From Chrysomallon squamiferum (taxonomy: Eukaryota > Animalia > Mollusca): a stretch of DNA of 64,000 nucleotides. Of this stretch, positions 34,553 to 48,184 are shown piece by piece (position 1 is the stretch's first letter; each line of letters opens with the position of its first letter). The stretch spans positions 4,774,001-4,838,000 of the forward strand of contig CM022672.1 in assembly GCA_012295275.1 (NCBI GenBank). Direction: 5' to 3'. Made by a program: the position numbers and the translations under genes. Below the pieces are notes generated by a model. That model made no database searches. It had not been told where the DNA came from and saw only the letters and a list, made by a program, of their open reading frames with translations.

Positions 34553-34976
34553 TATAAAACTGAACCTGGATAAATAGTAAGACAAGATACAATTTGTTGG
34601 ACAAAATGTTTAATATCTGCACAATTTCTAAATTCGTGACTTAATTTATTAATAATAGAATCTGGTTTAAACAGTAATTGTGTGAAAACAAAAATGGATA
34701 TAACTTTGTGCTACACGATTTTATTAAATAACATATTCAGATAGATTTCTCACTTTAGTCTAAGTAGTGGGCAAAATTAAAAATACACATATTAAGCATA
34801 GATATTACTTTATTTCTTTCTTATGGTCCCATTATACAATAAATAAACAAATAAATAAATAATATAAACCTATAACAAAAACCGCAATTCAATGAAAATC
34901 AGATGTTTATATAATTTAATATTTTATTTGCTGCGATAGATCCGTAATTACAAAGATTCCATTGCACTTTTATTGA

Positions 34977-35035
<59 letters not shown>

Positions 35036-35685
35036 TATAAATAAATAAATAAATAAATAAAACTTAAAATAAAACAAGATGTCGAATACGAATATAATGA
35101 TAAACATAAATAAAATTTTGAAAAGTAACAATACAATATTTTATTTATTTATTAATTAAATAATCTGTTAATGAACAACTGATTAACCAACCAAATTAAA
35201 AACAATTTCATGTTTTATTTTGCTTTTGATAAAAAGCTCTGTAAGTGTTAGAAGCAGTTCTGGTTATTATTTAAAGTTTACATGTGCTAATACAAATAAA
35301 TGGTCAAATAAAATTCTTTATATTTCAATATTTTAATTTTATTATCATAACCGCTCATAACGACGCATGACAATAAAATAATATTGTTAGAATCAAATGA
35401 ACGTCGCCATTTAAACCCTTAATAATTGGAATTGTGACGTCATCATGTACGTCACGGACTGATAGCTCTGTTTTACCTGACATTAGAACATTTAGAGCGA
35501 ATCGGTCCCAAATGCAAGCGATGACGTCACGATTACAGAAAAAATGGCGGCGCTCTAATCTTCTGTCAAATTTCGATAGAATAAAAAAAATTAATTAAAA
35601 AAAATAAATAAATAGTTATAATAATAATTAGCAAGATTAAAATATACATTTATACCTGATTTGTGATTTAAGGTTTGCACTCATA

Positions 35686-35717
<32 letters not shown>

Positions 35718-35730
35718 AATAATAATAAAA

Positions 35731-35764
<34 letters not shown>

Positions 35765-35768
35765 AAAA

Positions 35769-35814
<46 letters not shown>

Positions 35815-38800
35815 GATACTAATAATAAATAAATAAATAAATAAATAAAACACCCAACAAAACAATAAAGTATGTAGAATATTCTTTGTGTCACCATATA
35901 TACACTTTAACTGACACAAAACAACTAACTATAAATACTATAGTCAGGATAGGATTTAAATACAGCGAGATCATAAACTATTATATAACCTTAACTGTTT
36001 TCAGTCGCATAAACTAATTTTATACACATATATAAATCTTATATAATGACAGTGAATCCGAATACATGAAATACTATATTTAAAAAAAAAAAAAAAAAAT
36101 TAATTAATTAATTATATATAATAAAATAAGTTTTGCTTCATGTGAGCAAAAAATAACATGTTAAAGGATAGTGGTTTACTGAATTTATATATTGAATTAC
36201 CTCAGTAGTTAATATTTACCATCATATGACATTCATATTAACTTAAGTTTAAATTATGAGACATTTTTAAATATTAGTAAAAGTGGTTGTCAGTGGTGTG
36301 TTTTTATGTATATTTTGATTCATTTCTATAAAAGATTAAGAAGTATATGAATTACCAGTAACTTAACCAATTTTGCTAATAATTAAAAACGTCAAGTAAT
36401 TAAAGTTAATATTATTGTAAATGTGTATTGCTGAGGCATGTGTTTGTTAGTTCAATGAAAACAAAATTCATCACAATATTTTCATGATAAAACAAAACTG
36501 AACAGTCATGAGGAGAAAAAAATAAAAAATAAAAATAACAATAATAATAATTTAAAAAGAAGTCAATCCTTAAAAATACAAACACATCCCTCAAATCCCA
36601 TAGCTCCCAAAATACAATTTAACAAAAGTTTCCATGAAAAATCCATTATATATATATATATATATATATATATGAATCCCAAAACAAAAAACCTTTAAAA
36701 ACTTAAATCAAGTTAAAACCAACTGAAAGTAAAAGTAGAATAAAACCATCAAGTTGTTTGGTAGTCTGTCAGAAATAACTCAAATTAATGTTCAGCAAAT
36801 TATAAATAAATAAATAAATAAATAAATAAAAATTAAAACTAAAATAAATAATGTGGACCCATCTATATTATATGTTGGTACCCATATCACTCAAACAAGC
36901 TAGCAAAGTCTGAAAACAAAGTTTAGTTTTTGCTGGGTTCATCATTTTTCAGACATCCAAGTGTCGCCCAAAATACTGCTTAAAAATAGTTTTTCCATGT
37001 TTTTTGAAGCAGATTTTGTTTACTTTTCAAAGATTTTAAAACAATATTTTGTTTATTTTTGTACAACATTATTATTATTAATCAGATGTTTATTACTAAC
37101 CAAAATCATTTATTGTTGGTTCTTGAAAAATCAGTCTTCATTAATCATATATTACAATTAAAATATGTTTTCAATGATCTAACTTCATTAAGTCACAATA
37201 CAATTTTTCCAACATTCTATTTTATTTCACAGGTTAATAAATAAAATAAATATTTAAAATTTAAAATAATAATTAAAACAGAAACAGGAAATTTCAGCTG
37301 TATCACAGGCATAAACTACTTTAAACAGTCTTTAAAATAAAAATGTATTCTTAGAAAGATTAAGAATAACAACTGTTTTTTGTTTTGTTCTCTAAATTTA
37401 ACATACCTGTGGAAGAGATATGTCACAGACATAGCAATGTGTTTGGTTCACAACAGTTATGTCTGAATAATATATTTGGTATAATAATAATGTTAAGGCA
37501 TGTTGAGTTGAGGATCCCTGACCCAAAATCTGAAAACAAATTCAATTCAGCTGAGTTGGTCATATTTTATGATTTTCAATAGGTTTAGCAAACACACACC
37601 TTTTTTGTTTTTTTCTTCTTCTCATACACAGAATTAAAAAAAAAAAAAAAATGAAAAATTACAAATTGGTTTCATGTTTACAATTTGATCCTATTCTCAA
37701 GCTATCTTATTATTTTACAACACTGCCTAAGTTCTGAAATCTGAAACACCTGTGTTCACAAGAATTTCAGCTAAGGGATTTTCACATGATAGTTTGTTGG
37801 AGATTTTGAAGAATCACTGTATAAATAAATGCAAAACATGATTGTCAGAAGATGATATATTTTTCTAACCACTGAATCAACATTTGTGTTGATTTCTTTT
37901 TTTGAAACAATCTTAATTTCTATGATTTGACTTGTAACAAACACTATCACGACAACATCCAACTTACAACAATGTTAGATTTTAACCTTGATTAAACAAC
38001 TCATAACAAAATGATTTAATGGCACTGTGAATTAAACTGTAATAACATCGTCAGAGTCATTGTCAGCTTGTCATTCATGTGTCAAACTAATCTGTAACAC
38101 TATGAGAAGCACTAAATTAACAGTTTTAATAATCAAAACAATATTCTAAAAAATTTTGACAGCAGTTGATCGCAACAGTTTTTTAAGCCACTTTCTAACA
38201 GCAATATAATTTTTTGAGATCATTTTATAACATATGATCAAAATCATGATAACATAGAGCAGCTTTGGACTCGTTGAACCATTAAATCATATGATGAAAT
38301 CTATTAAATCTTAACAACTTCAGTTTGTGCTGAATTCTCACTAAAAAAAAAATACTTCAAACATTTGAAACATATAATAAAAACATACAGGTAATAACAG
38401 TTAAATCATAATAAATATAGTTATTAGCAGCATTCTCACTATGGTTTGTTGAACAGTTTTTTGTGATCGACAAAATCTTCATGGTTTTCACGTTATTTCC
38501 AACATAAAATTATATCGTAATAGCAGTTAAATCATAAAAAGTATAGATTTAAGCTGCATTCTCATGACACAACTAACTATCACATATATATATATACTGC
38601 TATATGATCAAACTGTATACTGAGTTCAGATAAATCTGAATAACTTTAGTGTTAAGCAGCATTCTCACTACACAACTTGTTCAACCTACTTTGTAAAACT
38701 TGATCTCAATATATTACTATAGGAGTTATGTCATAACAAAAAATCTTAAGCTGCATTCTCACTATGCGACTTGAAATTATTGGTCTTAATTTATTTGTTA

Positions 38801-39388
38801 TCAAATCTTGTTATGAATTATTTCATAAAATATGAGACTTTAACTACAAACAAAAATCAGTCAGAAGATTATGCAATTTCAGTGACAGTTCTATGTAAAA
38901 AAATATAAATATTTTTCAATATTGGGAATGTGTTATCATAGCTGGTTTTGCCATCTCTGTAGTATGTTAATGAACTGAAACTATTATTATGTTTTGTTTT
39001 TAAATAATAAAATATTAATTTTTTTTATTTCATTGTTATTTTGTTGTTTTTCTCTCTCAGTCTGTTAAATTTAAGCACTTTTCAATATCAGCATAAATTT
39101 ATGTCTTTTGTACCACTACTTTCTAAGCTTGGATTTGAAAACGAGAACAATTCAACTACCCATGTACAAGTCATATAATGTGAAAGCCATTTTGATTAAT
39201 GAGGTAAAATATAATCAAATTATACGACTTTGTAACACTTGTACGTTTTGTCTCGTTATAGATATGTAAAACAATTATTTCAGGAATAGTAAGAAAATAT
39301 AAAAAAAAAAGAACTAAAAAAAAACTATGTAAATAATAAGACAATGGCAAAGATGGTCCCAGCACCGGTTTTTTCATGGTTGTATTTT

Positions 39389-39480
39389 TCAAGGATTATG
39401 ACATGGATGACCAAGTTTCAGGTATTCCATGAGGCAGCCCACTGCACCAAAATAGCCCTGGGAAAACAAAAATAAACAAA

Positions 39481-39527
<47 letters not shown>

Positions 39528-42290
39528 AAGACAAAATAAAAAAGAAGAAAGAACTAAGAATAACAGTGGTTAAGTAAAATAAACAAATACATCATAACAA
39601 AAATTTAATGTAGCACTGGAAACATACACAAACACACACACACTGCTTTAGTCAGAAACAAAACAGATGCAAAGAAATAGTGCAAACTAAAAATAAAAGT
39701 ACAAAGATTAAAATTGGCAAAAATATCACAACAGAAGGTCATAACAGTCGTACCAGGTTATTTAATGTAGAGGGAATTTTATTATTCATTAAAACAGTCA
39801 AACAGATCATCATTGCAGATGATACTGTCTCCTTCATTTTGGCACTTTTCTTTGATGGTTTGACTGTTGTGATTGTCTGACCCCCTGATCCAGTGTAAAA
39901 ACAATCCAGAATCCACCACCACAACTGATAAAACAATTGAGCTATGTCACCTGACTCATAATTAAAAATAAAGGACTAAAAATCTCACTCACTTCGTGTT
40001 CTAAGAACAATGCTTTCAAAGCTCCTTTTGACCAAAACTCCATCGCATATGCCAGCAGTTTCATGGATATTGTGTTTACACGTAGAAAGTTTCCGACGAA
40101 AACCACACGTTCAATTTTCTGAAAAGTTAAAAGAAGCATGGAGATATGTTTAAACTTAGTACAAACAGATCGCTTATAGTTTTCTGTTTCACACTTTTTA
40201 AATATTTTATTTTTTTTTTTTTTTTTTTTTATTTTTTAACATTAACCTTTGATCATAATATAATCCAGTAACATACAAATACTCAAAATTTATTTCAGAA
40301 ATTAGCAGGTACCAGTTTAGTCAAAATTTTAGCCTTCAGCAAGTTTCATTTGCTTTCTTATTGAAAAAAAAAAAAAAAAAAAAAAAAAAAATGAAATGGC
40401 TAATTCAGCTACTGGTAGCATGAGCCATGCCAGGTTTAACAAGTATACACAAGAAAGAACAGTATTAAGAAAGAAAGCATCTCACTTCTGTGGCAGCACA
40501 CATTCTGGCTATAGAGCCGATGTTGTTGGTTATTGTCACAAGTGTCGCTTTGGCTAAATCAGCCTTTGATGCCTGAGCTCGTTTTTCCTTGCACATCATC
40601 TGACCAAAACTAGTGGAAGACATAATAATAATAAAAACAACAATAATAATAATAATAATAACAATAATAAATATAATAATAATAACAATGATGACAATGG
40701 TTGTGGTGATAATGATATAATAATAATATTGATAATGATGGTGATGATGATAATAATTATAATGAGGATGATGATAATGATTAGTTATTATTATTCTTGT
40801 TATATATCTTGAATTCAGTGATGTGCTGCATACTTCAAAAGAGTGATACCAACCATATTTCAATTTAAAAAAATAAATAAAATCTACAGTTAATTTGCAA
40901 TAAAGATCACTTACAGTAACTTTAATGTGAAGATATTCAAAAATGGCTGAATAAACTTTTTATAAATAAATTAAAATGAAAACAATGTTCATATTCAACA
41001 CCGACATGCAGCAAATACTGCTGAACAAAAGTAAAGAATACATTTTACAGTATTAATTTAATAAAGCAGGTTTTTTTAATAGATGTAAGAAAATATCAGT
41101 GCACAGTTTGCAATATAGAAAAGCTTATTATTCAGGTCTCTACCTAACACAAAGCAATACAGTAACAAAAATGTATCTATATAGTAATATAAACCAAGAG
41201 GTTATGATATGTATTACGAGAGCATATCAACACATTTGAAATAACATATAACTAGTACTAGTTAATCTATAAATAATATTAAATATAGTACAGTTTTAAC
41301 ATTGTTTTTTGAACTTAATCCATTCAAGAAAGCTGTTTTAAAATTGATTTATTTGAAAACCAAATCAATTTTGTCCACAAGAAATAATATTAAATTTGCA
41401 CTATAATAGTATAAAGCATTTTAAGTAAAAATGTTGCTTATTTAAACCAGTATAATAATACTTACATGCACAAAATCACACACAAAAACTATAAGCACAG
41501 AAAATAGATGAAATAAATGCAACTTTAATTGCTCTTTGCCTATACTGAGGACAGCAGATGGTGAGGAACAGTGAAAAAGGAGGAGGGATGTTACTGTTTT
41601 GGAAGGGAAGTCACCTTGCATAAAAGCATCAGGTAACTGGACTTCTGATTTTCTTTCTGTTCTGTCCATATACACCACTACCACCTGCTTCAGATTTCCT
41701 GGACTTCATTTTCACTGATCACCTGTCTAGCGAAGTTTGTTTCTGCCTGGGTATTACAAAGTTTCTCAGTGTCACCGTAACTGAAAAGGTTCATGTTACA
41801 GTTTGCTACAGCTTTGTCAGGGTGAAATGTTTTCACACAAAACTTTGAACCTTTCCCCCATTTTCCACCCAGGTCTTTGATTAGTGAACAGGAAGCATCC
41901 TCCCTACCTTCCTCCTCCTCCTCAGCTGCCTTCAGTTAAAGGACTGAGTTGATGTTTTAACAACTGAATTGTTTTTTTTCTCAACCAGTATGTTCAAGAA
42001 GAGAGTCATTCGAGAACCAAGATATCATTACCAAGATAAAAAAAAAAAAAAAAAAAAATTCTATAAATAGCACAAAACACAATAGAAATAGTAAAAAACA
42101 GTTATTCAGGTACCTGCTTGCCACTGTGTGACCTTTCAAGTCAAACTTCTCATAGTCTCCTCCGTATATATCACGCACAAGTTTGTCGATGTTGGTAGAG
42201 TCTCCAGTTGAAGCAAGCTGAATTGCATCTTCAAATGTTTCACAACCAGTAAGTAAGCAACATAGGCCAAGAAATGTCCCTCCTCCCAAA

Positions 42291-42325
<35 letters not shown>

Positions 42326-42925
42326 GTTTATAAATATTAATATAATAACGATAATAATAAAAAATCTATTGCAAAAAAAAAAAAAAAAAAAAAAACATTT
42401 ACCAACAATCATTTACTACAAAAAGATTACAATTTTAAAAGTCAAAATAAAAGGAAAAAAAAAAAAAAAAATTAAAAATTAAAAAAGGATTTAGATGCCA
42501 AACAAACCTAAATTTCCCTCCCTGAATATGATAAAGTATCGAAGATTAAAAAACTTAAATAAATTATCTGTTAAAAAAGCATTCAAGAATGCACTTAATG
42601 AAATAATTTTTAAATATTACAAACGTATTTTGTTATTTTGACTGGAAGATTTTAATAAACTATTTCAGTTTGAAAAGGTTGTAATAGAAATTAGAATACT
42701 GAAATTACATTATTTGGCCTTTTCTTGCTTTACAGTTTGGTTTTAGCTTTAGTTTAGTTTTTTTTTTTTAGTTTTTTTTTTTCATACCTTCTAAAAACTG
42801 TTTAAGATTATAAAATAACCATAGAAACAAGAACTTGGCAGTTATCACTTTTCCTTAACAAGTATAAATAGCACTTCTCAAAGTACAACACTACTGTTGA
42901 TAAAAAAAAAATGTGTATTTTATTT

Positions 42926-42960
<35 letters not shown>

Positions 42961-45900
42961 AAACTTTGTTAACTATATTTTGAAATAAGAAAGTAGAACT
43001 GCACACAACATGTATGATTTTCAACCTGGATAGTAGCACACCCAGGTAAGGCTAGCTAGCTAGCTTATCACAGGGTGGCCATAAACATCCACATCATACA
43101 GACAGTTTGACATAATATCTGGCTTTATTCTTTTTTTTCTGTTCAATTCTTTTAAGATAGACTGGATAATAATCAGTAAGTATTAAGAAAGTAAATGAAT
43201 TATTACTAAAATATGAATGAAGCCAGGTATTAAGAAATTAATTAAATAAATCATTACAAAAAAAGTAATTAAATAAAACATTACAAAAGAATAATTAAAT
43301 AAATCATTACAAAAAAAGTAATAAAATAAATTAAATCATTATAAAAATAATAATTAAATAAATCATTGCTAACAGGTAATTTTAACCACTGTCTTTGCAA
43401 AATGGCTGATCTTTATGAATCCAGAAGGCATCCATACCTTGGATGTAACATTTCAAACTAAAATATCTGTAATTATTCTGTGTCAGCTGGAAAAATACAT
43501 TTTCAAACGACATTTAAAGCTATTTACAGATACACATTTCTAAACCAAGCTACTGGGGAATAAGTAAAAGATTCAGTTGGAATGGATGTTCTGTTTACTA
43601 CAGTTTCAGTATTTCTAGTTAAGAAGCTTCACTGTGTATTTTTATTTATTTATTTATTTATTTAAGTTTAGACTGAAATATTCCAACAAAATAATAACAA
43701 GAACAATAATAAAAACTAAGAAATAAGCATACATTGACAAGACACCAACAGATCTACATAAAAAAACCTGCATGACACGCTCACACACCCAATTACACGG
43801 ACACACACACACACACAAGGACGTGTGTTAACACAAACACTAAAAGAAACACATTTAAACACACACAATACAAAATGATAAAAAATGTTTACCTAGTACC
43901 GCTAACTCTGCGGTATTCAGTAGGGGAGACAACTGCAAGTATACTAACTCCTGACCCTATGTTAACAGCTAAGTAAGGGTATGGATCCCGAAAGTCAAAA
44001 GGAACTTTTTCACATTTGTCAGAGTCTTGTGGGTGTTTCCAGTAGTAACATTCACACTGTGGGTTGCTGCGATCTATGAAATGAATTCCTTTTAACAAGC
44101 AGTCAAGTTCATCATATTTGTGTAGCTGTAGTGATACAAGCTATGTGGAAAAATAAAAATAAAAAACAGATATTTAAACATCAGAAGGTCTCTGTCTCTC
44201 TAGTGCAAATAAAATAAAACTGTTAAAAGCTTGGAAATTCAGAAGTATCAAAGATTTTTTTTAACAATTTGAAACAAGTGGAAATCGAAGTCCAGCTTTT
44301 TCTTTAAACAAGTGGAAATCGAAGTTCAGCTTTTTTTTAAATAAAGCACTCATCAGAAACACATATGTGGAAAAATTTCTCATAGTTGCAGAAAAGATAT
44401 TTTATAAAAATAACAAAATATACATCTGCTTTTCAAGTTACTGTTTGGTAAGAAAAATCATGATTTATATGCTTTTTGAAACTGACCACACACACACAAA
44501 CACACACACAACTTTCAGACAAATACACCCAGACACACACACACATGTACACAAGACACATATACTGAAATTATATACTTTGATATTTACCCACTGATAT
44601 TAAAGGAACAAGAAGACCCTGATTACTTATCTACTTTAATTAGCATGGACCTGTTTTGAGTCATAAACACCTTACCTGCTTGCACATTTAATTCACATTT
44701 GTCAGTGTTATTTTCACTATCAATAACTAGAAATAAATATCAACATGGTAATTATACTTTTTATATATATATACACACACACACCATGCCTTATTGCAAG
44801 TAATTTGTTATCACTTACGTCATAGACAGAGTTCATTTTTATTGTCAGCTTTATTTTTTTCCCACCTCTGACAGCATGTCACACATACACACACACAGAC
44901 TAACACATAACAAAATACATACACATTTCAAGAAAGGGTTATTTATAAAAATAAAAATAAATCTTTATAGAAAATACTTTCTTATAATACTATATTAGAT
45001 AAAACGTGGGAGATGAAATAGTTAATGTTCTTGTTAAAATATAGGCTAAAATGATGAAAAGTTGTCCTTGCTATGAATATTTATGTTCTCCTTTAAAGAT
45101 ACGTTTGTTAGTATTCAAAACAATCTGTGCAGTAACATTAAAGCTGGGAAATAATAATTAAATATTTTTAGATTTTTCACATAGACGAAGTTAGGTTTTT
45201 CTCAAAGAATATTCAACATATCAAACATGAAATTTCTTCTTAAAAATCTAACAACATTATCTTTTTCAACCATATATCAGTTTTTTTAATTTTTAAATAT
45301 ATTTTTCAATATTTTTTTATTTATTTACTTTTAATTCAAATGCTTCAAAATTATCCATCAGGAACATTCCAGGTGGGAAACTGAATTTTTTAAATAAATG
45401 ATTTTTCATTATGTGTAATGCATTAATATAGTTTAAACTCCTTTTGGTAGAATAATAAATTCTTTGCCTTGAAATTTGTACTTAAGTTACTGTCATGGCA
45501 AATACAGTCCTCAAAATTATATTTCATGCTACAGGAGCAAATACTTGCTTGCTGCCTGCCATAAGTTATGAAATCTTATGATATTACCATTTAGAATACA
45601 CAACAACACACACAACAGAAACAGTGAAGCAATCATGTTCACAATATATATATATAAAACATGATCATGGGAAATATATGCACACATATACACACATACA
45701 TACAGATGTTAAAAAAAAAAAAAAAAAAAAAAACAACCCATTTTAGCAAATTAATATTAGAAAGTATATATTTCCATTAAAAAAAAGTTTTAAAAAATTA
45801 CAGTGCAAATGATTGTTCTTGATTATTTCAGGTTCAAATGGCAGCTTTTCAGGTCTATACACCCATTAACAAGGAATTTAACAAATAGAAAATGTATTTT

Positions 45901-46682
45901 TTTTAAAAATAAAAAAAAAAATATATATATATATATATATTAATCATTTTTTATGCACAGTGATGTTGTTCATTCTTTCATGGAAATAAGTAAGGAGCGG
46001 TCAAATTTTGATACCTTAATAAAATCGTCTTCAAACTTGTATGCACCACCACCTGTGGCACAAATTGCACTGGAAAAACTTGAAAAGTTTTTTGATCTTG
46101 CAAGTTCAATAAACTGCATCATCTGACTGGTTGGAAATCGGATGAAATGCATCGTTCCTTTCCTGCTGCCAAGAACAACGTTTTTCATCTCAAGGTGGAC
46201 ATCTCGAATACCAGTGTCTCCGTAAGCGACATTGCCGGTCAAGTAGTGGCGTATCGTGCGCAGAGTTTCAATCTCCTGTTTTTCTTCACTCTCTGATATG
46301 TCCATTGGTTCAAAGTACACGAGTTTTGTAAGCGTGCCACCAATATCCATTCCAAACCAGGGCATTGCTGAAAGAGGCACAAAACCTATTTTAAAAATGT
46401 ATAATTCATGGCATTAAACTGTTATTACAAACTTAAAGAAAAAACCCCCAAAAAACACTAAACCAAAATTTTGGCAATATCAAAAACACCAACACAAATT
46501 TTATTGATATGTCAGTTACATTTTTATGCAGTGAATGCCTGAAATATTTGGCAAATGTAGGTAGCCAAAGTGTTCGACATACAACCTAAAATAAATAAAT
46601 ACATAAATAAATGATATTTACCAGGATAATCTACTCCATTTGTTAAGGCTTCAGGTTCTGTCCGAGTGGATTGAACACTCAT
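39389..46682 (-). CDS. PANK: Type II pantothenate kinase (PANK1/2/3, fumble ortholog), ~385 aa; coding exons 46682-46622, 46367-46015, 44140-43893, 42290-42114, 40609-40486, 40118-39993, 39457-39389
   Basis: Motifs [83 protein letters not shown] and FLEHEGYFGAVG. All junctions are GT-AG and in phase (1158 nt). The N-terminal exon is less certain. Confidence 0.95.
41560..41950 (-). mobile_element. Decayed pogo/Tigger (TIGD1-like) transposase C-terminal fragment in a PANK intron
   Basis: Frameshifted translation: [25 protein letters not shown] / RQKQTSLDR* ..SEAG.SG / [14 protein letters not shown]. This resembles, from memory, the IKE..KW..HP.K...KQTSLDRF...MEGDSPSKQ tail of Tigger-like transposases. 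Confidence 0.65.
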
Positions 46683-47599
46683 AGCTGTGTGTAGAAATGT
46701 ACAGGTGGTACAGATACTGGTGAAAACTGAAGTCACTGTTTGACCTTATTTCATCTACAACTTTGACTGATGTAACTTAGAAAGGGGCAGAGGTCACAAC
46801 AACTGTATGGCCATCAGTCTGAAATATATTTTTTAAAATGAAGATCTGTAAGCACTAAAATAAGAAAAGGAAAAAAAGATTAAAACTGTCAGGTTGGAAT
46901 GTCCTGTTAACAGACACTCCTTACATTTCATGTTCTGTAAAGACATTCTGTTAAAATGTGTTAACCAGTGTAAATTGTAACAGGTCTCTAACACATTATG
47001 AATAGTAGTGTGAGCAAATATGTTAGGTTATAAAACATCTCACTTGAAGAATAAACCAAGTATATTTTGCATAATTTCAGTGACTGGTTTATTCTCTCTT
47101 AGCAAATTTAAACTTTAAGTTAAAGTCACTGTACAGTCACAGTGTAATAAATTCATGGAAACACATCTTTTAGCTGTGGGTGTGACCTTATATTCATCTA
47201 TATATACATATCTATTAAAACTGATAAAGCATTCCTAGTTAAAGAATTAATACGAAAAATTATAAACTGAAATGGTCATTTATTATTTAACTAAAACCAG
47301 CTAGTCTTCTTCTTACCGAGTTACTCAGTTACTGAGAACCAAAATTCTTTTACACAATATTATATACGAACCAAAATAATTACAGCAATTCTTAATAAAT
47401 AAATTATTTATAACATAACGAATTCAAATATTATGCATTTAAAACTATATAAATACCTTTTTTCACATTTTATTATTATCACTATCAATGTTACGAATGT
47501 ATCATGATTATGTATAACAAGAGTTCCGAGAGTTCTGAGCTGTCCTGTTTCAAGAACATCTCTGGTGTATATATGTTATATATAAATGACTTTGTTTAT

Positions 47600-48184
47600 T
47601 ATTATGTCAATAATATAATGATAAAAATCTCACAAAACTGCACTGAAATGGTATCTTCTTCCAAAACAATGTGATAGAACATCAGAAAAACATCACGCGT
47701 TGGGTCATGGGTCACGGTTTGTAAAATTGTAATTTCGTTTGACATTTCCACCATTTTGCGTGAAACCACGTTCGACGGAGACGCAGAGGCTTTTATAATT
47801 TATAACTGAAACACATTACAAGCAACTTACTCTAAGAAAACTAAATCATTATTCAGTTTTGAGATTACTAATTTAATTGATTATTGTTAATGTATTAACA
47901 CTCTCAATACTCAGCAGTAAATTATTACAGCATTAACTTAATTAATAAGTTTCTGATACAGATGCAATAGTGTCATTAACAAAACTTTTCAGCTTGAACA
48001 CTAAAAGTTACAAATAGGAACTGGCATAGAGAACAATTTTATGCATGTAGTTATAAATTAAAAATTACTGGTAAAAATTAGAGTAGAAATTTACGTTGGT
48101 GCGCTCAGTGCTAAGTCCAAATACACCACACAGAAGATTGTCTTCTGACAATACTGAAACGGTGCTCCACTTTTCTCGCCTGGA
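47600..48184. promoter_or_regulatory. Probable bidirectional promoter region between PANK (-) and PLPBP (+)
   Basis: The genes diverge. CpG-richer patches at 47690-47790 (with a YY1-like AAAATGGTGG on the - strand) and 48090-48185 flank a short AT-rich core. Confidence 0.55.

Noticed and set aside
31990-39300. Additional protein-coding gene in the long AT-rich stretch
   Set aside because: Short ORFs are low-complexity and form no phase-consistent exon chain; likely intergenic DNA plus the PANK 3' UTR.
39458-42113. miR-103/107 in PANK introns
   Set aside because: No AGCAGCATTGTACAGGG-like sequence on the sense strand of these introns.
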